Shown here: positions 26,056-37,547 of the stretch, piece by piece
Layout: each line of letters opens with the position of its first letter
How positions within the stretch are numbered: the first letter of the stretch is position 1
Notes under the pieces: model-generated
The model's input: the letters and a program-made list of their open reading frames with translations, nothing else
Told to the model about the DNA's origin: nothing
Database searches by the model: none
Origin: Setoptus koraiensis
Taxonomy: Eukaryota > Animalia > Arthropoda
Reading direction: 5' to 3'
Assembly (NCBI GenBank): GCA_048013815.1
Contig: CM106586.1
Span: 9,858,001 to 9,922,000 of the forward strand
DNA length: 64,000 nucleotides
Position numbers and translations under genes: made by a program

Positions 26056-28960
26056 ATTGCTCACTTGGCAAGATCGCGAGCGCAAGTAAGTGGCAGCGGG
26101 CAGTTGAGCGCCTGGCCGCCAGTTGTATCGGCGGCCGGTTGTTATTTTGAGTGAGTAGGCAGCTTACGGCGGAGCTAGATTTTTATTGAGCCTATAATGC
26201 AATAATAACAAGCGCCGCGATGAGATAACTTTTGGGTAAGTGGCTACCAGCGGGCAAGTGCAACTAATTGATTTAAAATACCCACTGACAGTTGCCGATT
26301 ATCCGCTCAGCTGACGCTTTGTGGCCCGCTGACTGGGCGCTTCTTTATATTCTGGCCAATACTGGCAACGTGTTGTTGCATATTGGCCAGAATATAAACG
26401 AACATATATTAGCGAGCGAGCGAGCAAGCGAGAGATTACGTCATGTCCGTTTATGGTGATGCGTTTACATGCGCTTACTGTCTCATGACTCGTAGCACTG
26501 TCATGCGATTGTCCGGCCGGTCACAAATGTAAATTGGCCATTAATGTCTCGACACTGGCCATTATACTCTACATGATACTGGCCACTGTTGGCGGCCGGC
26601 TTGCAAGCGGCCATTGCGCCGATAAGCGCCCGATAATCCGATTTGCGATCGGATCGGCTTATCAAAATTTTATCAAAACCCCAGCGGTTGTCAGTGGGCA
26701 ATGCAATGGCATTCGCACGCCAAACGCAATTCGAGCAGCAGCAGTAATGCAACGATTGAGTGGCGCTGATTTGCATAATGCAGTTGCCACTCCAGTCGAC
26801 TCGTGACAGTGGAAACCTGTTGAGTTTTGAAAGTGGCAGCGCCTTATCTGTCGCTTGTATCTCTGTCGCTCGTCACGTGTCCAGCAGGTAGCGAAAACAA
26901 ATGTGTTTCGCGGGTCGCTCGTTGCGTGTCGCGTCGCCTCGCAGCGCCCCCATAACTCATGGGCCATAAGGCACACCGAGCCGAGACACAGCCGAGGGAA
27001 TAAGAATTTTTTTATTTATTAGTTTATATTGTTTATCGACTGGCGCGCTGACGCCAACAGCGGCACACAACGCGCCAACTCACCTGTCACTGTTGTGTCA
27101 ATGTACCTGTGTCGCGTCAATGTGTCAATGTCGCTCGATGGCGACGTGCGATAAGTTGTGTAAGTGTTTTGTTTTGTTGCCCCGTCAGCTGACTGCGGCC
27201 CGATAGAACGCGGCTCGCTTGTTTGCGGCCCGTCGACGGCCGCGATTGGCGATCGGCGCGAGATAAATCATCTCGTCGTCACCCGGCGGCGGCCGCATTC
27301 GCGGGCAGCGGCCACATTCGCGGGCCGGGCCGGCCGACGCGTCGCAGACTGAAGTGGCACTGAATCGGCGGCGAACTGAATTGGCCGCAAATCGAAGTGG
27401 CCGCAAGTCGAAGTGGCCGCAACCCGAGTCGGCCGCAACTGTGTTCACTCTCGCTCTTTCTCGCGCGCCCGTCCGATTGGCCGACCGGCCTGTCTGATCC
27501 CGAGAGCGATGATAAGTTGCCGACGGTGAGCGACACGACTCGTCGGACTTCCTCGACTTGCAAATTTCGACTCTCGACTCTCAATTCTCGACTCTCTGCT
27601 CTCGACTGACTTGCAATGCAAATGGCATTTGAGCGTCGCTGTCGTTGCCGGCCTGTCGGCCGGGCCGGCCGCGGTCGCCGCTGTCGCTGCAAAGGTGAGC
27701 GAGCGTCCGATGGGCGACGCGATACACAGCGCGGCCCGCACTCGGCCCGCTCACCTGTCCCAGTGACAGCTGATATCAATCAGCGACACCTTGGCCTTGA
27801 TTGACGCGGCTCCCCTCGGCGCTCCCTTCGCGCTCCTTAAATCTTTGATTCTGCGATTCTCTGATTCTCGCTCTTGGCGACCCGCTCGTCCGAGAGCGAG
27901 CGTTTGTAACACACAAACTGCGCGAGTCGGCCCAGTCGCGAAACTGTTACAACCGGCCGACGGTCGTGATTTCGATTGTGATTATTATGCAACGCACAGC
28001 CGGCCAGCCAGCCGGCCAAAGAGACAAACATAAACTGTGGCGACAACACACACACACGGCACAACCGGGCGGCCAGCGGCCGGCGGCCAGTGGTCAGTGG
28101 GCGACCTTCTCACGGCGCCGCCTCTGGCCGCGCTCTCGCTCTCTCTGGCCGCTCTATCGCTCGCTCTCTCTCTCTCTCGCGCTCTCGGGTGCTCTGGCGC
28201 CCGCACCGGCCGGCCGCACGAACCGGCCCAAGCGAATAATCGAGCATTGCAAAAGGCAGGCAACAGCAAATAATTGAGTGACCACTAGTTAGTTTATAAC
28301 AACTTGTTGATGGTTTTGGCTTGTTTACGATGAGAATTGTTTGCACAGGCTCCGGCGGCCAATGCTGGCCAACTGGCCAACTGACCAGCTGACCAGCGCC
28401 GGCCAAATTGCAGCCCATGACCAACATGGCACTTGCGGCAAACAAGTGCCCGGCCAACAGCGCCGCGGCCCGGCTAATCACCGGCTAATGCACGCCATAA
28501 ACGGGCCGCGATTGTTGCCGCGACCCTTGTTATCTGGCCACTGTTTGGCCACCGTCATTGTGGCTCGCTATCTAGGTGATGGCCGTAATTATTTTCGCTG
28601 CCCATTGCTTGTTATTTGTATCTTGATGAGTTTATTACTGGCGCTTCTTCCCATGCGCGGCTCACGTTGCTTATGTTTGGCCACTTGTGGTCGGCGCATG
28701 CAACAACAAGTCGCCCTAATTAACGGCCGGCCGGCACAAGTGCGGCTGCGGCTCGCCCGACCGACGGTCTTGTTGAACCCGGCCCGCCGCAACGATTGCA
28801 ACGGCGCAACAATCGCCGATTGTTGCGCTGCGGCCACCAAAAGTCCTGCTCCCTGGCGAGGCAGGCTGGCGAAAAATGGTGCACAGCACTTGGCTGTGGC
28901 GTGGGTGGTCTGTGTTTGCGGCGTGTGACAGTTTGCCCATGTCTCGCATCCATCGGGCCG

Positions 28961-29070
28961 AACCACGCCGCATCACTCTGCACCACTCTGCACCACTCTG
29001 CACCACCCCGCGACATATCGCACCACGCCGCACCATATCGCACCACGCCGCACCATATCGCACCATGTCG
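28961..29070. repeat. 10-bp tandem array (CACCACTCTG/CACCACGCCG/CACCATATCG) x11
   Basis: Eleven in-register decamers. Confidence 0.9.
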
Positions 29071-30362
29071 CGCACCAGCTTCGGCTGGTCGGCAGCGCGA
29101 CGCGGAGCGCAAAAAATGCTTAAAACGGCAAATGGGCTAATGAGCGAATCGATACGTTTTGTTTCTTTGTGTCGCGGTTGTGACCATTGTCACATCATCT
29201 GTCATGACGACTGTCACTCGCGCCGGCCAGTGACGTTTCGAGGGACTCGCCCGGCGAGGAGACGCCATTTTTTCGGCATTTTGCAGCATTTTTGGGCATT
29301 TTTCAGCATTGTTTCGCTGGCTCATTATCGGTGTTTCGCCTGGCTGTTCGCGACAAGCCGCCTCCAGTGGTGCCATTTATCAATCGTGGTGGCCGTTGGC
29401 GCGCCAAACAAACAAAAAATGCCAGTCCGATTGCGACGGCAAACACGCAAATTCGCGGCAGCGGCCGCTTGGCAGCGCTCGACCGCGTTCGAGCTGCGAA
29501 CGTCAGCCGGCGTTCGAGCCGCGAACGGCGGAACAGAAACAATGGAACAGCAATGACACAAATATAAATTAATCTAATTGACACTGTCCGCTGGCGGCTC
29601 CGAAGGGCTCGGCGCTGGCGCTCGCGCCGTCGGTCGGACCGCGTTGCGGCCGGCGGGCCACACGCGGCGATCGGCGGCACATATCGCATGGCTCGAGCCA
29701 CCCATAGAGACGCCGTTCGGCCAGATATCGCGTCGTATCAGTTGGCGACTCGCAGCGACTTGCCTTCCGTTCGAGTTCGCGGCCGAATTCGGCCCAGTTC
29801 GGTTCGAGTCGCATGGCCGCCGCCGCCGCACACATAAACTGGACAATAAATTGCTCGCTGATACAAATGCGCCAATTTGTGTTTGTCCGGCGCGGCCGGT
29901 CTCGCCGGCGCTGGGCCGTCAGCGACACTAAAAAGCAAACATTAAAAGCCTGAAAGATAAGAGCGCATAAAAGTCGCCGTCCGGCCGGCCGCGGCTCAGC
30001 TGGCGCAATTAGCCGCGACAGTGGCCGGCGCAAGGCCAAATTATACGAGCCGGGCGGGCTGGGAACGGGCCGGCCGAGACCGGCCGCTGAGAGCGTTCGC
30101 AGGCTCGCCGGTGTCATTAGCGAGCGACGTATCGAATAACCGGCGATAACTAATTCAACAATATTTATCTGTTTGTTTGTCTGCTTTGGCCACCGCGCCG
30201 AATGTCGCCCCCACCACCACGCTGGTTCCCATTCACGGATGCGTATCGCGGACGCACGGACAATTGCGACCGGCGCAAAAACGGACATCGCTCCACCTCA
30301 AATCACCTCAAATCGCATCGAATCACCTCAAATCGCATCGAATCGCGTCTTCCGCCCGACAG

Positions 30363-30533
30363 ATCGTGCTCAACTCGATGCACAAGTACCAGCCAAGGAT
30401 CCACTTGGTGCTCAAACGGGACGTCAGCAATCTCGCCAATGCGCCCATCAGCGCCCTGGAGCAGGAGAAATTTCGCACCTTTGTCTTTCAACAGACTGTT
30501 TTCACTGCGGTCACGGCCTACCAAAATCAACTG
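30363..30533 (+). CDS. H15: H15/Tbx20 coding exon 3
   Basis: Acceptor cgacAG at 30361-62; [16 protein letters not shown]...[21 protein letters not shown]; donor GTGAGT at 30534 (phase 0). Confidence 0.97.
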
Positions 30534-30739
30534 GTGAGTTGCGGCGACACTCAAGCCAAAACTGAGTGGCAACGCGAGCTTGTGGCGCCCAACTGTCAAT
30601 CTGAACTGACCATTTCTAAACGTTCCCCCCCCCCCCATCAAATTTCCCCCTCATGCCGTCAAATCTCGATCTTGGACGTGATGCAACAACTACGCTGGCC
30701 GAAACGCAATGACTCCGCTGGCCGAAACGGCGAACGCAG

Positions 30740-30816
30740 ATTACGAAACTCAAGATTGATTCGAATCCCTTCGCCAAAGGATTCCGTGATTCTTCTCGTC
30801 TCACCGACATAGAACT
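30740..30816 (+). CDS. H15: H15/Tbx20 coding exon 4 (end of T-box); absent from ORF track
   Basis: Acceptor cgcAG at 30738-39; [25 protein letters not shown]; donor CT|GTAAGT at 30817 (phase 2). Confidence 0.96.
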
Positions 30817-31671
30817 GTAAGTACACACACAAACACACACTCATACGCAATAAATCACCTATACATATTATCACCTGTCCGCATGGCACCGGCTCACGGC
30901 GTGGCAATTCGCGGGTCGCGGGTCGCGACTCGCGAGCCTCTAGAAGCTCGAACGATGGGAAAATCTAGCGTCGTTTTGAAATTTTGTTTGAAAATCGCTG
31001 CGCTTCCCATGTCCAATTGGCTCAACATCGCATGTGTGCCAGCGACAATTGCCAACAACGACAGACGACGGTCAACGCTGCAATTTGTTACAACTTGTTA
31101 CGACAAACTTTAGCAGCACTTTAACCAAATTAGTCACACCAATTAGTAGTCGGGCGCGTTGAGGCGTCTCGCTGCTAACTCTATATCAATGCGTTACGCG
31201 ATGCAAATAGTTTTTTCTTTTCCGCATTGTTCCAGCCTTTTGATTAATGGCGACGGCTGGCTGGCCTTGTGCGGTTTTGGGCACGGTTCGGGCGGTTGTT
31301 ATCATGGGCAGTTGTTATCATGGGCAGTTGTTATCATCGTCGAGCCTCGGACGCCGCCGCGGACGGGCTCGAGTGCACCGCGGACGATGCATGTGGCGCC
31401 CCTCGCGACCATTGTCAGCACTGTGCGAGTTGAAACAAGTTCGGACAGTGTTCGCACGGCAAGTCAGTTTGCTTGTTTTTATCCGTGTGTGTGTGTGTGT
31501 GTGTGTCAAAAACAAAAGTGTTGCCTGATGAACATGTTGAAGTGTAGAAAGACCACACACACGCACACGCACTACATTTGGCGAGCCGTTGTTGGCTTCG
31601 CGATCCCTGGCAAGTATATCGCTCGCTCCATTATCATTATTATCGCCATTATAGGCGCCGCTGCTAATTCT

Positions 31672-31770
31672 GGTTGTTGCTGTCGTTGTTGCCGTTGTTG
31701 CTGTCGTTGTTGTTGTTGCTGTCGTTGTTGCTGTTGCTGTCGTTGTTGGCGCGGATGTTGTTGTTGTTGT
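31672..31770. repeat. (GTT/GCT/GTC)n microsatellite, intron 4
   Basis: Direct reading. Confidence 0.9.
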
Positions 31771-32437
31771 TGCCGGCGTAATCTCGTCACGAACTCTCGG
31801 CTGACGCGCCACTGACGCGCCACTGATGCGATACTGATGTAACAAAAAGATAACAGCGCTAGATTGTTCTATCTAGATCAAAATGTAAAACACACACTCG
31901 GCTGTCGCTGTTGGCCTCGGTTGTTTTGTGCTCAACTCGCTTATCTCTCTCATGCTGCCAGCGAGCGTGTCAAATGGAGCCAAGTCGGCCCAACGGAGCC
32001 ATCAAATCAGCGAACGTTCGCAAAGAACGTTCGCAAAGAACGTTCGCAAAGAACGCTGAACAACAACAACACACACATTCGATTTGATGAGCGAAGCAAC
32101 ACCACGCTTCGAGAGGAAATTAGACAAGCGATTCATCATGCTATTACTATTATTATTTATTATTATTATTACTATTACTGTTATTATGCATGCTATTCAC
32201 CTTAGCCGGCAGCGCCGATAACTAGTAGTTGGCTGCTCATGCCAAGCTTTTGTATTCACAAGTCAGTCAATTGTTTCAACTGTTGTTGTTACGCAATATT
32301 ATGTTACTACTGCCAGCTTGTATCAGCATATTGCCGGCGTATTATGCGTTATGGTGCGCACACAATTACATAGATTACACAGCCAGTACATGTTGATTAT
32401 ACTACATGATGCCTAGTAGTAGTATATGTTGTATGGG

Positions 32438-32451
32438 GCGCCCCCTGGCGG
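32438..32451 (-). promoter_or_regulatory. CTCF consensus site in intron 4
   Basis: Reverse complement is CCGCCAGGGGGCGC (preceded by GG), exact consensus match. Confidence 0.6.
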
Positions 32452-34333
32452 CCGGCGCCCGCAAACAGTGTTGAGTGGGGCACTTCATCACTAGCTTGCC
32501 AGCGGGCCGGCCTCTCACTAGCTGCTCGTCGCAATCACACAAACAACGAATAGACAGACACGAACCCGTCGTCTCCTCATTTTCCTCTGGACCTCATCTC
32601 ACGAGATAATTAATGATTGGCCCCGTTGTTGCTGTTGTTGTTGCCGCTGTTGCCGCTGTTGTTGTTGCCGCTGTTGTTGTTGTTGTCGTCGTCATTAGCA
32701 ACATAGCGATGATTTACTCTTACTTTGCGCTGGTGATTTCATTAAGTCATGCTCAACTTAGGCCCGACTAGTTAACGCTCATGCTCGCTCACTTATAGCC
32801 CAGATTAAACCCATACGAGAGCGCGGATAAAAAACTCCAACGGCACAACCTCGAATCGTCGAGCTAGCAACTTGATATAATGTACATCTGAGAATAGACA
32901 ACTGGCCTATATCAAGTGACTAGACTAAATCCCTCGCTAGTTGCATATTTAATTAATTAAGATTCTAATCTATTCATCTATTGTGTGTGTGTGTGTGTTC
33001 ACTAACAATTGCCAGTTCAGTTGTTAATAATAATCTCTCTCGAAGCTCGAAGCGGTATCAAGTCGCCTCAGAGATCTCGCAGCGACTAATCTGATCGCTG
33101 CACGGCTACACAGATTTGATTAACATATGAGAGAGCGAGAGATATGTTAACATGGCCCATCTATAGAGTTGCCGTTGCGACTAGCAGAATATCCGACTAT
33201 CACTGCAAAACTAGATCTATGGCGAGATTATAACCGGTATAATACACACATTCAATGCGAATTGAACTGTCGACTTGTTCGCCTCGGCTCGGCTCGGCTC
33301 GCCTCGACTCGCCAAACCGGCCGGCCGGCGAATGATTCATCGGTGCCGATAGTGATGGTTGCATCAGAGTGGATTATTCACACATGAATGCATTTTATGA
33401 CTGGCTGCTCCATGAATTTATAAGCACCGACAACCGTTGATGCGTTCACTGTCGGTAGTCGTTGATTGGCTGCTGATTCACTGATGAATACACTGACTAG
33501 GGCACAGTATTCACGCGTGAAGCCACGGTGCTAAAAGTGGACCGGACAGCGTTGGTCAAGTGTGGAAACAAATAGAGAGAATGCGAAAACTTGTCGGCTC
33601 TTTAATTAATAATGGTCGGCCACTTCAAACAGCGCCCACCATATTTTTCTTTTCTTCGGGCCGGGTCTATTATCGCGATTGCAATTAAGAGCCACACACA
33701 ATGCATAATGATCAACAGCAACAACAACAACAACATTATCGCTCGATTATCATGAGTCCGAGGCGCGCCGAGGTGATGCCGTCGCTTCGAGTGAGCGCGC
33801 TGGCCAGCCGATTCGCGAGAAGGCGAGGCCGTGACGATGGCCGCGTCACTTGGAACTTCGAAGTTCGAAGGCTCGATTGGATTGAGTGAGCCGGCTCTCA
33901 GAGCGAGCCAGCGATTGAATTGTAGCTCAAATTGATCGATCATGAGCACGATAAGTCAAATTAGCCCAAAATGAGCTTATCTCATTCTCGCAACCAATGC
34001 AGCGCCAACGATTGTCGGACTAATCATATTCACTTGTGAATCTGGCCAAGTTGCGTCCGGTCATCGGCACACCGGCCGGCGCCATATACAACCACCGGCG
34101 ACGCGTTTGAAGCAACAACATCAATGGAGCTTCCGAACACGACGCTCGCTTTTATCTGGATCACTTTTGTTTGCTGGCCATTCTTTTGTGTTCGTCTCGG
34201 CGTCTCTGCACTTGGAAAAAACTCGCCGGCCTATAAGTTGTCTCATTCACAAAAGCGTCGGCTATCCAAGTTGCGCGGAGTCGTCCAAAGTTGTCCGAAG
34301 TCGTCCAAAGTTGCCGAGAGCCTCGGGCCGGCC

Positions 34334-34425
34334 GCTCGCGTTGATTGCCCAGCTCGCGTTGATTGCCCGGCTCGCGCTGATTGCCCGGCTCGCGCTGATT
34401 GCCCGGCTCGCGCTGATTGCCCGGC
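34334..34425. repeat. 18-bp tandem array (GCTCGCGYTGATTGCCCR) x5
   Basis: Five units ending about 90 bp before the exon 5 acceptor. Confidence 0.9.
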
Positions 34426-34513
34426 AGCCCATCAAAGCTTCATTTGCGCCCATTAAAACTAATCACTTTCTTTTATTCTGAATATCGCCCAATTTACAAC
34501 GCGCCGACCACAG

Positions 34514-36254
34514 TGAAACAATGGAAAATCTAATGTCGGTCGACCAGTGTCCGTACTCGCCGCCGCGCACCCTACCTCCGTTCTTTTTTGGGCCGCACGG
34601 CGGCCCGGAGGACCCGACAACCGCCATGATATTGCGCGACATGATTCAAGGTCACCACCATCAACAGCAGCAGCAGCAGCACCAACTGCACCAAATGCAA
34701 CAACAACAACCACACCAGCACCACCAGTCGCTAGGCGGCGCTAAAATGACTAAAACAAACTCGTCGTCGTCGTGTCACATGAACCCGTTCACCACCTTCA
34801 ATGGCGACGCTCACCATCAGCTGAATCAGCTGAACCAGATGAACCAGATGAATCATCACGTGCATCACATGGACACGGGCCTCAACCAGCCGGGCTACCC
34901 GTCGCCGCTGCTCGCCCATCACCAGCTCGGCTCCAATCAGCTGGGCTTGGGCGCCGCGTCCTCGGGCAACAATTTGATGTTTGACACGGGCAACTTGTTG
35001 GCGCCGCCGCCCTCGAACCAATCAATTAGATCCAGCTCAACAACAACAACAATATTGTCAGCAACAACAACACCACCGACAGCAGCAATAACCACAAACA
35101 TGACAACCACGGCCACAACAACCGGTGGCTCGGCAACACCAACAACCGGCCAAGGTGCCACAGCGCCCACTGGCGGCCACGATCACGATCATTCGCTGCA
35201 GCAGATTATAATGATGCATCAGCGTCAACAGCAACATCTCCACAGCAACCACCACAACAACAACAACAGCAACATCAACATCAACCACGGCAACCACATC
35301 AATTCAGTATCACCTGTGTCGCCATCTGGCGGCAAGGGAATGATCTCAGCACATGAGGACATTCGTTCGACATTTGCACACAACCATCACCTGACCAATG
35401 CAGCAGGTGGCGCCGGCCAGCCACCTGCGGCCAGTCCGCCTACTACAAAATCACCGGCCTCGTCAATTAAGTCCTCAGAGTCGCCCATTGTGTGCTCTGT
35501 GTCGCCCCCTGTCGCAAATCAAAACAAACACCTCAAGACGAGTAGTGGTTGCGACAAAAGCAAATCCATTAGTCCACTGATGCAACCCATAACTAATGTC
35601 ATCACAAACAATCATCATCAGAACATGCGACTCAACAACAGCAACAACCACTCGACAACCACAACAACAACAACAACAACAGCGACAACAACAAACAACA
35701 AAACTGGACAACAGCAGCAACAACAACAAGACAACAACAATCACGGTCAAATGAGTCCCAATTCAACTATGCACCATTTAGCCGCAACAAGTCACCTGTC
35801 ACATCCCATGCTGGGCGCCCACTCACTTCCGTTGCCGTTGCCCTTGCCCATGGCCCTTCATCATCATCATCATCATCATCCGCACCATCAATCTATGCCC
35901 ATGTCAACAGCGGACAACAACCAGCCGGCAGGTGGAGCTGTTGGTGCCCAAATGAACAATCCTGCCGACTTGTATCACTTTCTCGCCTCAAATCCCTGGT
36001 TTCCGGCTGCACTGAGCCAACAGGCGGCCAGTCAGGGAGCTCTCAATGGCGCAAACAATAACGGAATGTCGTCGGGCTTTCCAACGGCCAACACTCACCA
36101 GTTGAGCGCGGCCATGAATGGCGGTGGAACCGGCCCGGGCGCCAATGCCGCACAAGCGGCCAGCGGTGCGGCAATGGCTCATTCGGCGGCCGTGGCGGCC
36201 CAGCTTCAGTTGTGGCAAGCGATAAATGCTCACCTGAGCGCAACCGAATATTGA
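34514..36254 (+). CDS. H15: H15/Tbx20 last coding exon, low-complexity Q/H/N/T/A-rich C-terminus
   Basis: Acceptor ccacAG at 34512-13 with CTAAT branch-like motif near 34459. T34514 completes the phase-2 codon, giving [17 protein letters not shown], like the post-T-box motif of Tbx20/H15 proteins. Open to TGA at 36252-54. Exons sum to 2556 nt = 851 aa + stop. Small internal introns cannot be excluded. Confidence 0.88.
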
Positions 36255-36537
36255 ATCTTGCACACACACTTGTTGTATAAATACATACATAGCATAGAGA
36301 AATAATGTTGCATTTGTGATAGTTTTGATTAGTATAAAAAACAAAAATCAGTTAGTTAATTAGTTAGTTAGTTAGTTAGTCAATTAGTTAGTTCGGTAGC
36401 ATGAGTGGTGGTAGTGCTATTTTGTGTATAAAATCAATTGTATCTACTCTGATCGCTTGTATCGCCCATCATTAATATAACTATAACATACAACGTAATA
36501 TCAAACGACTTATGAGCTGGCATAAACGAAAGACAAT

Positions 36538-36547
36538 AATAAATAAA
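36538..36547 (+). terminator. Probable poly(A) signal of H15 (two overlapping AATAAA)
   Basis: AATAAA at 36538-43 and 36542-47, about 285 nt after the stop, at the end of an AT-rich 3' UTR and followed by a U-rich tract near 36571-36600. Confidence 0.55.
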
Positions 36548-36639
36548 TAACGAGAAATTGAGCCAATTGACTCTTTTGCATTCGCTCACTTTCGCCTGTC
36601 GATATCTCACTGATTACTGTCAGCTTGTTGTCTGACTGT

Positions 36640-37547
36640 TCATTGAAAATCTCGTTTGACAGCTCCAAATTGATCTAAAAATATCCTTTCGACTTGGTAC
36701 CAAATGAGCTCGAAATCTTGCCTATGATTCGAGTAGCTCCGAGGTGTCAATTCATCAATATAATTGTGTTAGTAATCTTTCTTGTTTCGGGCCAAACTCT
36801 CCAAGTCTCTCCAAGTTGGCATGCAAAATCCGCTAATCAGTTGATTCTCTTCTAAATGTTTGCTATGACAAAATTGAGCCGCTCACAGAGTGATGCCTTG
36901 TCCACAAGATAACGGTGCAATAGATGACGATTAAATTTTGGTTACACTGCCGGAAAAGATTAACAAATTTTGGTTACACTGCCAGAAAAGATTAATGAGA
37001 CAGTGAGTAGCTCTGGCGTAAGTGGCTCCATCTCGCATCGCAAGTCGAAGATGTGTGGCCATCTCGCGGCCAGGCCCGGCATCTCTCTGTACACTATACC
37101 AGAGTATGGGCACCCTGTGAGGCATCTCTCCGGCTATGCTGCAAAGGTCCGTCCAGTGTGGGCATCTTGCCAATTATAGCACAACTCACACATCTTGACA
37201 GGTTGGTTAGCCAAAACAGATTGGAGCCTCGAAATGTGGTTCCATTTGAGCCATGAAAGAGGCTCAAAATGGACGACATTTCGAGAAAGGCTAGATGTGG
37301 GTTGAAATTTCCGTCCGCCGGGTGGCGACACTGTCCCGCTGTATGGCCCGAAATATAGCGAAAGATGGCGTGAGGGTGCTTGTTCTTCTGTCGACATTAT
37401 ATCCTCTGTCAACATTGGCAAAATTGAGGCAAACAATGGATGTGCAACAACAATAGAAACTAATTCAAACAGATAATAATTCAATTCATCAATCCATTCA
37501 ATGGCAAACGAAACAGAATGGATGCGCTGGCTGATTGAGCCCACCAT
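36640..37547 (-). pseudogene. Decayed coding-like island (unidentified gene or TE relic)
   Basis: Microsatellite-free, compositionally distinct block. The 137-aa ORF (37547-37134) continues as a ~290-codon frame with 4 internal stops once a 32-bp tandem duplication (36933-36995) is removed. No family confidently recognised. Confidence 0.3.

Noticed and set aside
29760-29820. GGTTCGAGTC resembling a tRNA T-loop
   Set aside because: No acceptor, D or anticodon stems can be formed.
32011-32054. GAACGTTC x3 as a heat-shock element
   Set aside because: The 13-bp period breaks the contiguous alternating nGAAn pattern needed for a full HSE.
36351-36393. (TTAG)n as an interstitial telomere
   Set aside because: The unit is TTAG, not the arthropod TTAGG.
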